From Marsupella aquatica (Eukaryota; Plantae; Marchantiophyta), in NCBI GenBank assembly GCA_973895155.1, contig OZ316893.1:15654645-15718644 (forward strand): a stretch of 64,000 nucleotides of DNA, written 5' to 3'. Below, piece by piece: positions 50,651 through 63,548 of this stretch (its first letter is position 1; the number at the start of each line of letters is the position of its first letter). The notes beneath the pieces were generated by a model. The model was not told the origin of the DNA. It ran no database searches and was given only the letters and a program-made list of their open reading frames with translations. A program made the translations under genes and the position numbers.

Positions 50651-52648
50651 CAATCAAAGAAGATAGGCTGGAGACCTCAATGAAGTTTGAGGCAAGGGCA
50701 AACCCCACTTGGGCTGAACTACCAAGGAATGCACAGGGGGCAATGGCAGTAGCTCAAGAAACACCCATGCCACCACCAGATGGGGCAAAGTGGCCTACTG
50801 AGCTACAAACTAAACAATGTTTTAGTCAAGGGTCTTGGGCTGATAAGGTGACCAAAGCCCCCTTCATATTGTGTCAAGTGAAAGGAACTGGGACATAGCG
50901 GTAGGTAACATAGTCCAAAGAAGGCATGATTGGCACAAACCCTAGGCCAGTATCATGACGACAACTTGGACATCCCCAAGAACCACCAAGCAGTCAATGG
51001 CCGGGACATACTAACATATAGCCATCTGCAAAATCTGACGCACAAAGGCTTACTTCCCGTACAGAACCCTAAGACCCAAATGCCCTCAGCCCAGATGAAA
51101 ATACCAAAACCTAAAAGAAAAAAACCTTGTCATCCAGAGTCATCCAGATTTTAGAAATATTCTAAACACTCTCATAGAGATATTCTGAACATGTTTTGGT
51201 GTAAATACGACTTTTCTGGGGTTCAGATTATTTTTAAAGTGAAACGTGAAAAAAGGAGAATAACATCTGTTTTGCCCTTGCGCTATATTGGAAAAAACAT
51301 TAATTAATTAATGTGTTGCTCAAGGGGTAGCGTGAATGGTACTACGGTAGGCAGAGACCCAGAGCCCTGATCGCGGCCTAAAAGATTCGTTCCTTGCCGT
51401 CCATCGCAGTGGCCGGTCCTACCCATACCGTGGAGAGCTAGAGAGAGAATTGGCTGCACCACTACTGTAACCACGCTAAAATTGCCGGTTGGAGGCGGAA
51501 CCGGATTTTTCCAGCTGGCGGGTGGCAGGCTTGGGGATTGATCCGGTTCGAGGGTCAAGGGTGCCTCCTGTGTCAGACAGTCAGACGTCAGTGTCGCGAA
51601 CTTGCCGGCCTTCACAAAACGGCGGTCAATGTGGTGTCTTTGACCGTCCGCCGGCTATCAGTCTGCTCTCTGCAAAGGTGCAGCCCTACTCTCGGGTACG
51701 AGATGGGGTCGATGGGCTCACTGGCCCTTCCCGTAGTTTCTCGACGGCGACGGGTACGAGCTGATAAGTCTGTATTCTCGGCCATACTCGCTGGAACTTA
51801 CTCGCTGGAACTTAGTGCTGTAGGTTCGTTGTTTTTGTTCCTTGTTGTGGGGATCTCGTTGGCTTTGTTGTCCTTTTGGGAGACTCCCCCCCCCTTTATT
51901 GGCCATTGGGTTCATGTCTCCTCCTGGTTCTCATTTTTGCCCTTTGTCAGTGTGATCTATAATGATTTACTCGTTGCTGTCTGATATATAGTAATAGCAT
52001 GTTCAAGATGAACATGCTTTGTTTTTGTCTTGTAGTGATATGTGTAAGAGATCTGGTTTTTTTAAAATAAGATATAATAGTAGAAGCGTAATATATGCAA
52101 AGAAAAGAGTATCTTTTAACAATGAGTGGGATACAAGGGTAGAAGCAGGGCACCAGCAAAAAAATACACATAATGATCAGGAATAGTTGTGCGCATAAGG
52201 TACACATATTGACTTGCCTGAGATAATGACAATCAATTCAACCAAAAACATAAGTTTAGGAAAACAAATCATGGGGGAAACTTAAGACACTAGTTGTGGA
52301 CACTTCTCAGATTCATTTCTCTCTCTCATGAGAACGAGTAAAATTTCTTCTCTAAACTGGTAGAAGTTTAAAATTAGTGGTACAGTATATGCTTAGGATA
52401 GCAAAGATTAAAAAGTGAAGAGGGGTGTCAAAATGAACTCAAAATACTCTAGGACAGCACACAATTAAAAGGGGTCCCAAAATTTATTCCTAATCTATAT
52501 AACACAAATGATACATCTAGAAAAGGCAAAATAAAATATATATGACTGAGAACATGAATAAGACAAAATCTGAAAAGTGGATTCACCATATAGGAGCATC
52601 AAAAATAATATGATATATAATGTTCAACATTGGTTGCGTGTAGTTGTC

Positions 52649-52961
52649 TCCATAATTACCAGATGCACAAAAATGGTTCGAGAGAAACCATGAAATGAGG
52701 CCTAAATAATAGACAATTGGGATGGAGACAACTGGGCCATGTTGTAGCTGTCCTGAACCGGATATGAGCATTGAACGGTCTCCAGCTTGAAGAACTGGAC
52801 GAGAACTCTAAAATTAGAGTTGTTGTGGAATTGTAATAATTTAAGGTTCAAAGCACTTCAATTTGAATTAGTCTCGCCAGGATGTGCTTTCAGCTGAAGG
52901 CAACTTAGAGAATGGGTTGTTTCTTGCAGATCATAATTTTCACTATAGCAGAACTTGAGAG
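52649..52961 (+). repeat. Diverged copy of SLT-gene intron 2 plus the start of exon 3 (source 42687-42991)
   Basis: Colinear match including GAGAAACCATGAAATGAGGCCT, GACAATTGGGATGGAGAC, GGTCTCCAGCTTGAAGAAC, GCACTTCAATTTGAATTA and GGGTTGTTTCTTGCAG|ATCAT..ATAGCAGAAnTTGAGAG. Confidence 0.92.
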
Positions 52962-54124
52962 GGCATCAACAACATCATTGGCCCCCATTGAGGAGACAAC
53001 TTTGGGACCTGCTGCAGTGCCTGGCCATGAAAGTAGTGTGAGACAATTGCTTCGTGAAGCAAAAGAGATGCACCAGGCATCGGCCAGATCCATGGCCATG
53101 AGGGCCAGTTGAAAGGGTGCCACAAGTACCGTGGACGCATGTGAGACCGACCACCCTTTGGAGCAATTTGTGCCTCCCCCTCCATGTGAGCCCATACCCA
53201 ACAATGAGCCGAGAGATCCCAATATCTTTGATGAGGATTGGCTCATTCATGGTGCTTTACAGGATGAAACTGACTCCATATGTGTCATTCTACCCTGTGA
53301 ATCAAAAGCAAACAGTGTACGAGCTGACCCTGACATCTTCAAAGAGGATTGGCTCATTGATGGTGCCTTGCATGGGGAAGTGGGCCCTATTCTTGATGAT
53401 GGTGGTGGTCACTTTGACACGTTGTTGAGGGCACCTTACATTTGTCAGCTGAAGAGGGGGAAGAAGAGATTAAGCACATCCTCCGACAAGAATTAGGAGG
53501 GAGTAACCTTGCACCAATTACCCCAGCTCAACTTAGTGCAGAAGAGATTTTTTGGGAACTCAAAGATTGGAAGAGATCAAACGTTTGCCAAAGGCACGAC
53601 AACCTTTGGATCCTGCCATGGGCCGACACCTTTTGGGACAGATGAACATTGAGTGTCCATACTCGTGTCCATATTGCAAAGCTCTTCATTGGATTGAAGA
53701 GTGCAAGTCCGGAACGAAACTCCATCCGTGCTTTGGGTTGTGCCAATGGGAAGGTGGATTTGCCTCCAATTGGTGCTCCTCCAAAGCCTTTGCGGAGTTT
53801 GTTGACCGTAAGTAACACTGCGGCTACAACCTTTGGAAGAATATTAGAGGCCCGATTATAGGGTACAATAATGCCTTGGCATTTAGATCCATAGGTGTTA
53901 AGATTGACAAAATGGGGGCAATCATGGCCAATATTCATTTTGCATCTAAGGAGCTTTATATCATCAGCCCAAAAGCCTCTTGCTGCCTGATGGATCTGAG
54001 GGTCCCAAGTTTTCTCAACTCTATATTCATGACACTGGGCATGAGTTGGGAAACAAGTATTTTGCACAACTTCAAACTTCTTTCTCTTATGACACATTTT
54101 TGTTTGCAATAAGTTGAGTCTCAA

Positions 54125-55598
54125 TGGTGGACCTAGCCACCCAGCACCCTGACCAATCCCAACACCCATGCCTAAGTACCCTTGGTGCCCAAACACCTTC
54201 ACAAAAATCCTCAAGCAAGCAACTTGATGCCCCATACACCTTTGGCACCCACTCCCATACAAAGGCGCACTTGATCCCTAACACGACTGTCACTCAACGG
54301 TCCGCACTGTCTGCACAAGTGACCAAGCACTCCAGTAAGCAACCCAAAAGGATCTAGATGCTCCAAGACTAGTATCCTAACTCAAGCTCAACAAAAATTG
54401 GTAAGTAGGTCAAAAAATAGGTCCTCCCTAGCCCACATGGCCTTGCCATAAGCCGGAGCCAGAATTGACATCCACTATCTGTCCAAAACAGCCCCTCTTT
54501 AGGTGTAGCCGGGCTCCCCCACGTACCTATCCGCCAATGGCTGACCACTCTACCCCTAGGACATGCTCATGGCCCAAAATAACGTAGCTTGTCCTATTTA
54601 ACGTTAACACCCAAATTTCCCGGCTCTAGCAACCAACTCTTGGTTCTTACTCAACTGATAGCCTAGGGGCCAAGTGCACTTGGAACTCAACCTTCATGAC
54701 TACTTGGCCTTGCCTCCCCAATGCAAGCTCCCATAAAAAACTGAACGCTGCTTGGCTGCTATTTTGGCAGGATTTGGCAAGCCGATGAGATAGCCCCCGC
54801 AAACCCCAAGAATCCATGGCACCCCCAAACCCATATGATCTTGGGAGAATGTATTCCTCCTTGAGAGATTTCTAACGCACCCAAGAAGTCCTCCAACAAA
54901 CTCCCCCCGTTGGGAGGTTATTGTTGTTTTTGTTTGGTGTTCCCCTTGGTGCCTCAACCGCCGTGGCTCACGACTTGGGCTTGCCCTTGGCCCCCAGGGA
55001 GACACCTCAAGACCTACTTTGGTCCCCAAATTTTGGCCCCCCACCTGGACCCCAACCCGCACGCATGAGTACGCAACTAACTTGTTGTGCCCATAACTTT
55101 CTAGCTAGGCATTTGTAGGCAAAGTGCCTTAGCCCATTGTGATTGGGCCAACCCAGTGCTCATGCCTAGGACTTTAGAACCTTTTGTCCCGCCTTTTGTC
55201 ACTAGGGTGCCCCGGGTGGCCACACTTGGGCCGCACCATAACTCATGCGCCAAGTGTTTGTTATGCCTAAAGTAAACTTCAGTAGTCTTGGGCCCAAAAG
55301 GAACTCTCACTCAAGCCCTCACAATTCAAAGTCCATTTGAGGGTCCGGACAGCCCACCTTGAGCCCGGCCCCTTCCCCTGACCCAACCTGCCTCAAGCTA
55401 ACTGTATAAGTCCTTAGTGTGCGTCACCAGCTTACTTAGCGCCTTGTCTTCACCAATGAAACATCTCATTGCCCACTAGTCTTCCCATGCTTAGTCCTCA
55501 CCGGATGGCGTTGGGCTTGGACCATAAAGAAGCTTGGCATGAGAGTTACCGACGCCGGAGCTAAGTGTTAAGGTGAGTTGAGTTCCACAACTATCTCA
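54125..55598 (+). mobile_element. About 1.47-kb LTR-like repeat (family A) inserted in a putative intron of the Helitron RepHel gene
   Basis: Colinear with 36745-38214. It interrupts the Helitron between the PKFSQLYIHD block and the acceptor-like TGTTGTAG|TTGGATGAG (LDEVVLASLQ). Confidence 0.8.
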
Positions 55599-57237
55599 TT
55601 GGATTTTATGTTGGGTTGCAAATGAATTGCATGTTGTAGTTGGATGAGGTGGTGCTTGCTTCTTTGCAAGATGTGCTCCATACGCACAATCCTTATGTGC
55701 TGATGTTCAAAAATGCCAGGAGCCCCATTGATGATGTTGAGGTGTCTCAGGTTTTGCTACGTCTTGTAGTTGAACATGACACCAACCCAAGACGTTACAA
55801 TAAACCCATGGCGGATGAGATTGGTGTGATCATGGTTGGGGATGAGGATATTGAAACACGTGGTTGAGATATTATCCTCAAGACAAGGGACGGCGGCCTA
55901 CATAGGATTTTGGAGTGGCATAGGTCATATGCTCCTCTCCATTATGTCTTACTCTTTTTGCATGGTCAAGACGGGTGGTCTTATGACATCCCATTGGTGG
56001 GCCATGAATTTCAAGACGCGGTTACTGGGGCAGTTCAACCCCAAGCAAGTGGTGGACGCAATGGCTCCAAGAAGGTTACACAACTACAATACTATGCGTT
56101 ACTTGCTACATGCAAGGCAGGGTGATGATTGACTGCTTTGTGGAGGGAAATTGCTAAAGCAATATATTGTGGACGGGTATGCATGCATAGATCAAATGCA
56201 ACTGACCTATATTTGCAACAATAAAAAAAAGTTGCGCACAGAACTATATCAAGGGCTTCAAGATGTAGTTCAAGACAAAGATGGACGTGCAGATGATGTA
56301 ATTATATAGGGCCTACATTTTGCCATCCTCATATGGGGGTAGTGCCCGCAATATGATGCAGGCATACCAAGACGCCATGGTCATTGTACGCACATATGGT
56401 CCCCCTGACCTTTTACCACATTTACGTGCAATCCTGAATGGCCAGAAGTCAGAGCAAAGTGCTACCCTTATCAGACCCCGGCCGACCAAGATGACATTGT
56501 TGCTCAAGTGTTCAAACTCAAGTTAAAGGCATTGTTGGCGGTCATTTGTGCAGGGGTCTTAGGTAGACTTGTTGCCTCTATGTATGTCATTGAGTTTCAA
56601 AAGAGGGGATTGTCATATGCACACATTTTGATCAAATTGGTTGAACGCCATAAACTACGCACGCTAGAGTTGGTTGACCAATGAGTCCTGCAAAGATACC
56701 AGACGTGCAGGTGTATCCGCAATTATTTTAGACTATAACAAAATGCATGGCGTACAATGTAGCAAGGGCTACATGAGACTATTCTCAATTGAAACAGTTT
56801 TGGGGGATGGTGGGTATCCCATGTATCGATGTCAAGATGATGGACACAATTTTACAAAGGACCAAAGCAAGTTTAAGTTTGATAATAGGTGGGTTGTTCC
56901 TTATAGTCCATACTCGAGCATGAAATACAGCGCTCCTATTAATGTGGAAATATGTTGCTCTATCCAAGCCATTAAGTACTTATATATGTACTGCTACAAA
57001 GGGCATGATAAAGCAACACGGGAAGCAACAATGGAGGTAGAGCAACGTGATGAAATAAAAGAGCATTTAGATGCTAGGTACGTGTTTGCTATAGAAGGAG
57101 TATAATGGTGGATTAATCAGTTTGAAATGTCAAAGAGTAGTACTTTGGTGCAACGGCTACAGGTGTCGGGATAGGTGCATTGTGAGGGGGGACAATTGAT
57201 TATGTTTCATGAAGATTCTGAGATCATTGATGTGGTC

Positions 57238-59173
57238 TGAAGTAGTAGAAAATTACCAAGTTTTAGATTAGCAAAATCTTTAAGTTACTTACAAAGTTAG
57301 AGTAAAGTAAGGGTTATATAAGTTGTTAGGGCAACTAGTAAATCTAAACTCTGTGAAACAAAAGGAAGCCTCATTTTGTGTAGTAGAGGCTAAGTTTTGA
57401 TCAGCAAGAATAGGAGAAAGCTCTGTAGCGATGGATCAGCCAGGAAATATGAGCTTGTTAGGAGTCACTATTGCAGTGATTTGGGGCATGCATGGCAAAA
57501 ACTTGGTCTATGATGGATGCAATATCCTGCTAGAGGATGGGAAGCTGTGTGCTTTAGGGCCAAGTGCCCAAAGAGCTAGACTGAATAGAGAATAACAGAC
57601 TATAGGAGCACCAAGGCGGAATCGGGTGAATCACTTTTGTTGGCCAATTGGTTCAGGATAATTTATGTACAATTTCTTTGTACAAATTAATGATGATGTT
57701 TATCAAGTGTGGGAAGAGGCTGGCTGTCAATTGTTTGGAATCACTGGACATGAATTTCAGAAAAAAGTTAGCAAACAGGAAAGAAATTGTTGTTGCGCCA
57801 TGAATGATTGTTGGGTAGTGAGAGTTATGGAAGGCAAGAGAAAGAGGATCAAACCAATATTAGGGTTTCATAAGATGTGAATCAACTCAACATATCAACA
57901 AACAGGAGATAAACTAGCAAAGTAAGAGTGGAACAAGTGGAGGTGACAATGCATGAACTCAAGCTTGAAACAGTAGAGATAGACGATGAACCAGGGAACA
58001 ACAACTCGGGAGCAAGAGTAACTGACAAACAAGAAGTGATTGAAGTGGTGCATTTTTGAATAGACAGTAGCAATTAAGAGTTACAAGTTATCAACCAGAA
58101 TTGTTAATGGACAAGTAGAAACAATCAATAGTTAACAAGTAGCCTTACTTGAATAAAACGGTTATAGAAACCAAATAAACAATTTGGCAGTTACAACTGC
58201 TGATGGTTAGGAGAAGTTAGGAAAAACCCATTTGTATGAAGGGCATAGGTTAGGTGAGTAGGAGTGAATTTAAGAGGTATTTTGTTGTGTAAACTTTCTA
58301 GGATCATGAGGCTAGGGAGGCAGCCCAGGAAGAGGTAGTGTTGGATTGCTAGACCTGGAGTTAGAGATGGAAGCCCATGGAAGAAAAACCATGTAAAAGA
58401 AATTGATGTGATCATTGAATGGAAGATGCAATTGAGACCTATTTTTAGAACTGCAGGGAGCATTCGATTACAGAGCTTGTATTTGTTGAATGCCAATAGA
58501 ATTAAAGTTAAAGAGTTGATTGTGAAGACGAGATGGCTAGAAATGCTAACATTTGATAATGGGAAATTTATATGGATTTCATTGGAACCTTTCAATGGAA
58601 GAGTAAAAGAACTTATATTGCATGTGAAGATTGCAATTGCAAACCATTAAGAAAGCTTGCAAGGTTAGAATGATTAGAAATTTGCAAGTAATGTTCTAAG
58701 AGGAAGGCTTAAAGTAGTGGGACATGAAAAAACCCACCTTTTCTTGGTCATTTGAATTCAAATGCATTCCATTTGGGCTACAAAACGCACCAAGGAAATG
58801 TAGAGAAAGAATTGAAAGATGGAAGAGAGTAATTGAGAAGGAAGAAATAGAAATTGAGGAATCTACCAGAATGGGTTTAGAAACCCTCTTTAAACAAATA
58901 CTAGTTGAAGATTAGATGATACGTAACCTTCAATCCAGGTGACAGGTGGGGTTTGTGACCAATAAGAGTAGGACCACTGTCTCAAGTAATTGCACAAATT
59001 GACATTGTCTGATTGTCGGAGAGGCCGGGTAGCAGGCGAGACCTGCATAAAAAATCAATCTACTTGAGGCGGTACATTGTTTAATTGATAAACAAAAGAG
59101 CACTAATGAAGTCTAAAGATATATTGGATGGTTAATCAATGGATTTGGCAAGAGTCAGCTTCAGTGGTTAACA
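57238..59173. mobile_element. 1936-bp TG...CA insertion with 5-bp TSD TGGTC, solo-LTR-like
   Basis: TGGTC(57233-57237)|TGAAGTAG...GGTTAACA|TGGTC(59174-59178). Removing it rejoins the Helitron sequence EDSEIIDVV-QQL..(RD)TTVTGWFKA. Confidence 0.8.
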
Positions 59174-62100
59174 TGGTCCAACAACTGAAGAATCTCATAG
59201 GGATACAACTGTAACTGGGTGGTTCAAAGCAAAAGCTTTGCACCCGGCTTTGCACAAAACATGCATTTAAGACCGATTCTGTATACAAATGTTTCTCATG
59301 CTTTGTATGGAATCTGGCAATCTGTGCATGGACTCCTAAAAAAGGAGGGTTTAGCCTTGGAACAATATATTTTGTGCCACCTGTTGCGGGGGAACGCTAC
59401 TACTTGTGAGCACTTCTACTTCATGTCAAAGGTGCAACATCATTCCTTGAACTTAGGACTTTTGAGGGCATTGTATACCCAACGTTTCAGGCAATGGCTC
59501 TTGCTCAAGGTTTGTACGAGAATGATGAAGAATGGAATAGATGTTGTCAAGAAGCAGTAGGTACATGTAGACGGGTGCACAACTTTGACAACTATTTATC
59601 ACAATCATGCTATTTGGAGGTGTTGCTAGACCGTGCAACTTATGGACCTACCAACATGCATCCAATTTGAGTGATGATTGTTGCTATTGTCTGCGCTAAA
59701 GATCCCGCTGAGGAGCAACAACAGAGCTAAAGTTGCCCTATATTTGATTGATGAGGCTTTGAAAAGTATGGGTAAAACATTGTTGGTGTTCGTCTTCTGG
59801 TTCCAAGTATGCAATTATTTGAAGAACCGGAAAATAGGAATCGCTTGATACACAAGCCAGGAGACTTGCTACCCAATTGATGAACTTCTTCAACAACCTG
59901 CAGAATAGGAGCCATTGTTAAACGACAGCCAAAGGGCACTGCAATACTTGCAGCGGCAAGGGCTAGAGATGGAGGAACATTTTTTGTTGATGGGCTAGGG
60001 GGGATGGGCAAAAAATTTGTTGAGAATATTCTATTGAGGAGAGTGCATGCAGATGGGGATGTGGCATTGGCTGCCTGAGACTGCCTGAGGCTGCCCACTC
60101 ACAATTCAAGCTTCCGTTAAAACCAATCTCGACGTCAACATGTGTTGTGCAAAAACAATCTGACCTTGGTGGATTGTTATGGAGGGCCACTTTCATTTTG
60201 TGGAATGAAGCACCCATGGTCCACCAGCATGGAGTTGAGGCGTTGGATTTAATGCTACATGACATACAAGAGTGTGACCAAATTTTTGGAGGTGTTGTGG
60301 TTATGTTTGCAAGAGATTTTTGACAAGTACTTCCTGTGAAGGCAAGGGCGAGTCATCCGGAGATTGTGGGGTCAGGTTTGAAGAAGTCTTACATCTGGAG
60401 TAGTATACAAACTAACAAAAAATATGCAAGCAAGAGCAACTTCTCCCTCTCCTGAATTTGGTAATCTTACATTTGTAGAGTGGTTTCTTGCATTGGGCGA
60501 TGACAAACTCCCGAAGGAGGGACCTTCAAATAATCTTATTATGTGTCCAAAATCTATGGTGGTGGAGGGAGGACGTGTGGGATCTTTGATAAGTGAAATC
60601 TACCCATCTCTTTTGAATGTGGATGATAAGTTCTTAAACAAGACAACTATCATAGCGCCAACAAATGATGAGGCACTAAAACTCAACCATTGTATTGATT
60701 TCTAGAAAGGCTTCATGGGGAGTCAAATGAGTTTTTGAGCATCGACAGTTTGGATCAACTAGAAGGGGAGAATTTTTATCCTATGGAGTTCTTGAATACA
60801 CTCACACTGAGTGGTTTACCACCTCACAAGCTGGTACTTAAGATTGGATGCCCTATAATCTTGCTAAGAATATAGATCACTCGCTTGGATTATGTAATGG
60901 CACAAGGCTCATTGTGAGATCCATGAATCGTCGTGTCATTAAGGCGCAAGTCCTTGCAGGAAAATATGCCGGAACTATTACATTCATCCCAAGCATTCCG
61001 TTAATGTATGATGAATCACTTCACTTTATATTACATAGGGTCCAGTTTCCCATCCGAGTGGCATATGCAATGACCATCAACAAGGCTCAAGGTCAAACTT
61101 TAGAACATGTAGGGTTACAACTTTCAAAACCTGTTTTTAGTCATGGCCAGTGTACGTAGCATTCTCAAGACCAACATCTCCTCGAAGTATTAAGGTTTTG
61201 CTTCCAAATTCCGAGGATGGTCTTGCACGGTTGACCAAAAATGTTGTACATGATGAAGTTCTTTATTGAACATAAATAAAGTTTGCATGAGTGTTGTATT
61301 AATGTCTCCAACATGTCCTCATATAGTCATATTTGTAAAGCATCTTATGTATTTCATCTTAATCATGTTTGCCATATCCCATGACATCTTTTATGACCTT
61401 CACATTTGTGCCTCGCCTAAATATATATTTTTGATCTCAAAATGTTTTAATCTACTCCACATCTTTTGCTCATCTCGACATCTTTTGCTCACCTCAATAT
61501 CTTTTCCTCTCTTTGACATCGTTTTATCACCTCAACATCTTCGTATCACCTTGACATCTTCGTATCACCTCGACATCTTTTTATCACCCGACATCTTTCA
61601 TGCAACGCATGGGCATTGGGTTAGTTGTGAGATGTAATGCCACAACCAGAGCTTTGACCCAAATTTGAGGGGAATTTGAAAGTTGCGGGGGTTAAAGTTT
61701 GTTTGAGCTTGAGAAAGTCCGCAAGGCATGCAAAATAAGTCATCAGTACATACCATTTTTAAAAACCACTATGTTATACTTAAATTGAGTCTCTTATTAT
61801 AAATGTCATCTTATCTTAGCATTTGCTCATGATGACCATAACTAGTCTGCAGTTTACCTGTGGGTACATGTTGGATGGATTTTCCATATCATGATAAGGT
61901 AGATTGGCTAGTTTTCATGACTTACAGTAAATCCAAATCAAAATGATAAGGTATAGTATAAGGTCCCACATGGCATGTGCCCACAGGTTGGATGAATTTT
62001 TCATACCAAACAAAAGCAATAATTCTTATTATGGCACTTAGGTGTGGGTCTTCCATATGTCTCTCCGCTCCTGCAGGTTGATATATCTTAAGGCTCAATC

Positions 62101-62699
62101 AAAATCAAAACCTATAATAAAAGGTTGCCCATTTTTATAGAGGGGTTGTCATTCAAATTTACAGGGCCCCAAAAACGAGAACATGAAAGGACCTAACCAA
62201 AGAGAAGGAATAAAACAAAAAGTACAATTAATATAGTGTGAATGAAATGGAACGCACTATTTCCAGCAAAAAGGAATCTAATAGTACAAAGGAAATGGGG
62301 AGTGCCTCTAGCAATGCACGAGGATCGAGGACACCTCCCTTTACCATGTACCACTATAATCAGTATCCCGTCCATTTACAAACAAAAAAAAAGTGAGAAT
62401 CAATCTTGACCCTTCATCAAAACATTAATTTTTCCATACAGTCAAATCTATCCATACACCCCTTCTAAAATAAGTTCATGCCCAAAATGCCAGGAGCCTT
62501 CCCATACCTGCCACGGTGAAATACTCAATTGAAAATTTATTCATATGTAAATAATTCCAAAAATTGGAAAATTTTGAAACAATTTTGAATATAAAAAATA
62601 TATATAAAATATTCTTTCTCTAAAAATTGAAAAGGAACAAAATAACACATGTTTTCCTGTCACTCAATTATGCTTGGACTTATGATGTGGTGGCCGTTA

Positions 62700-63548
62700 T
62701 CTCGCATCTCCAATTTCTACATGCAACGCACGGGTTAAATAACATGATCACAACTATTGTATGGTCGGGATCACACGTAACATGCCTCAACAACTACATC
62801 AAAAAGTTTATTATGTTTTGCCTCACCTTGACATTTTTTCTCATTTTGTCATCTTTCCCACGTTGACATCTTTACTTCACCATGACAATTTTTCTCACTT
62901 TAAGATCTTTTTCTCATCTTGACATTTTTTCCTCACCTTAAGAACTTTTTCTCATCTTGATAGATTTCCCTCATCTTGAATGAGATCTTTTCTCATCTCA
63001 ACATTTATCTTATCTTTTTCTCAATTTGCCATCTTTTCCCACCTTGCCATCATTTTCTCACCATGACATCTTTCCCTCACCCTTGACATCTCGCTTGACA
63101 TATTTTCTCTCCTCAACATCTTTGATTTCTCACCTCAACATCTTTTGCACAACGAGCATGTATCATGCAGGCCCAAGATGTGCCTGACAACATCTTTCAA
63201 TTGACTAACAACATACTTTACTTATTGACCATTTTTACTTAATAACATCTTTATACTTAACGATATCTATTTACTTGACGACATCTTGGGCGACACGACA
63301 AAATGGCTCCCTTATTCTTAGCGACATTTCATTACTTCAAGACATCTTTCAAATGAAAAAATCTTGGGAAACTCAACATCTTTTTCTCTTAACAACATCT
63401 TGGGCGCCATGACACTTTTTTCTTAGCGACATCCTCGGCAACACAACTTCTTGGGCGCCATGACATCTCTTTTCTTAACAATATCTTGGGCAACACCAAA
63501 TATTTTTCTTCTTGACATCTTGTGTGCAACGCACAGGTATTGAGCTAG
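62700..63548 (+). mobile_element. Second Helitron 3' region or non-autonomous Helitron with GACATCTT repeats and intact CTAG terminus
   Basis: An array of GACATCTT/CAACATCTT units ends in TGTGTGCAACGCACAGGTATTGAGCTAG|T (CTAG 63545-63548). Another TGCAACGCACGGG motif lies near 62722. The 5' boundary is uncertain. Confidence 0.7.

Larger units (their letters stand above)
52962..61624 (+). mobile_element. Degenerate Helitron (RepHel pseudogene) with two nested insertions
   Basis: Fragmented peptides: CPYCKALHWIEE/CANGKVDLP (N-terminal Zn region), PKFSQLYIHD, NPYVLMFK, RRYNKP..EIGV, HRSYAPLHYVLLF.HG..GW, LPSSYGGSARNM..YQDAM.IVR.YG.PDL, VIEFQKRGL..AHIL (HUH Rep), DNRWVVPYSPY, INVEIC.SI.AIKYL..Y.YKGHD, DEI..HLDARY, then Pif1 helicase GLCNGTRL and QFPIRVAYAMTINKAQGQTL..VG..L..PVFSHGQ, with a stop near 61269. 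The 3' terminus TCATGCAACGCATGGGCATTGGGTTAG|T is a hairpin plus decayed CTAG. Many stops and frameshifts. Confidence 0.93.

Noticed and set aside
51330-51990. GC-rich tract with short ORFs before the Helitron
   Set aside because: No recognisable product; it may be TE-derived but cannot be assigned.
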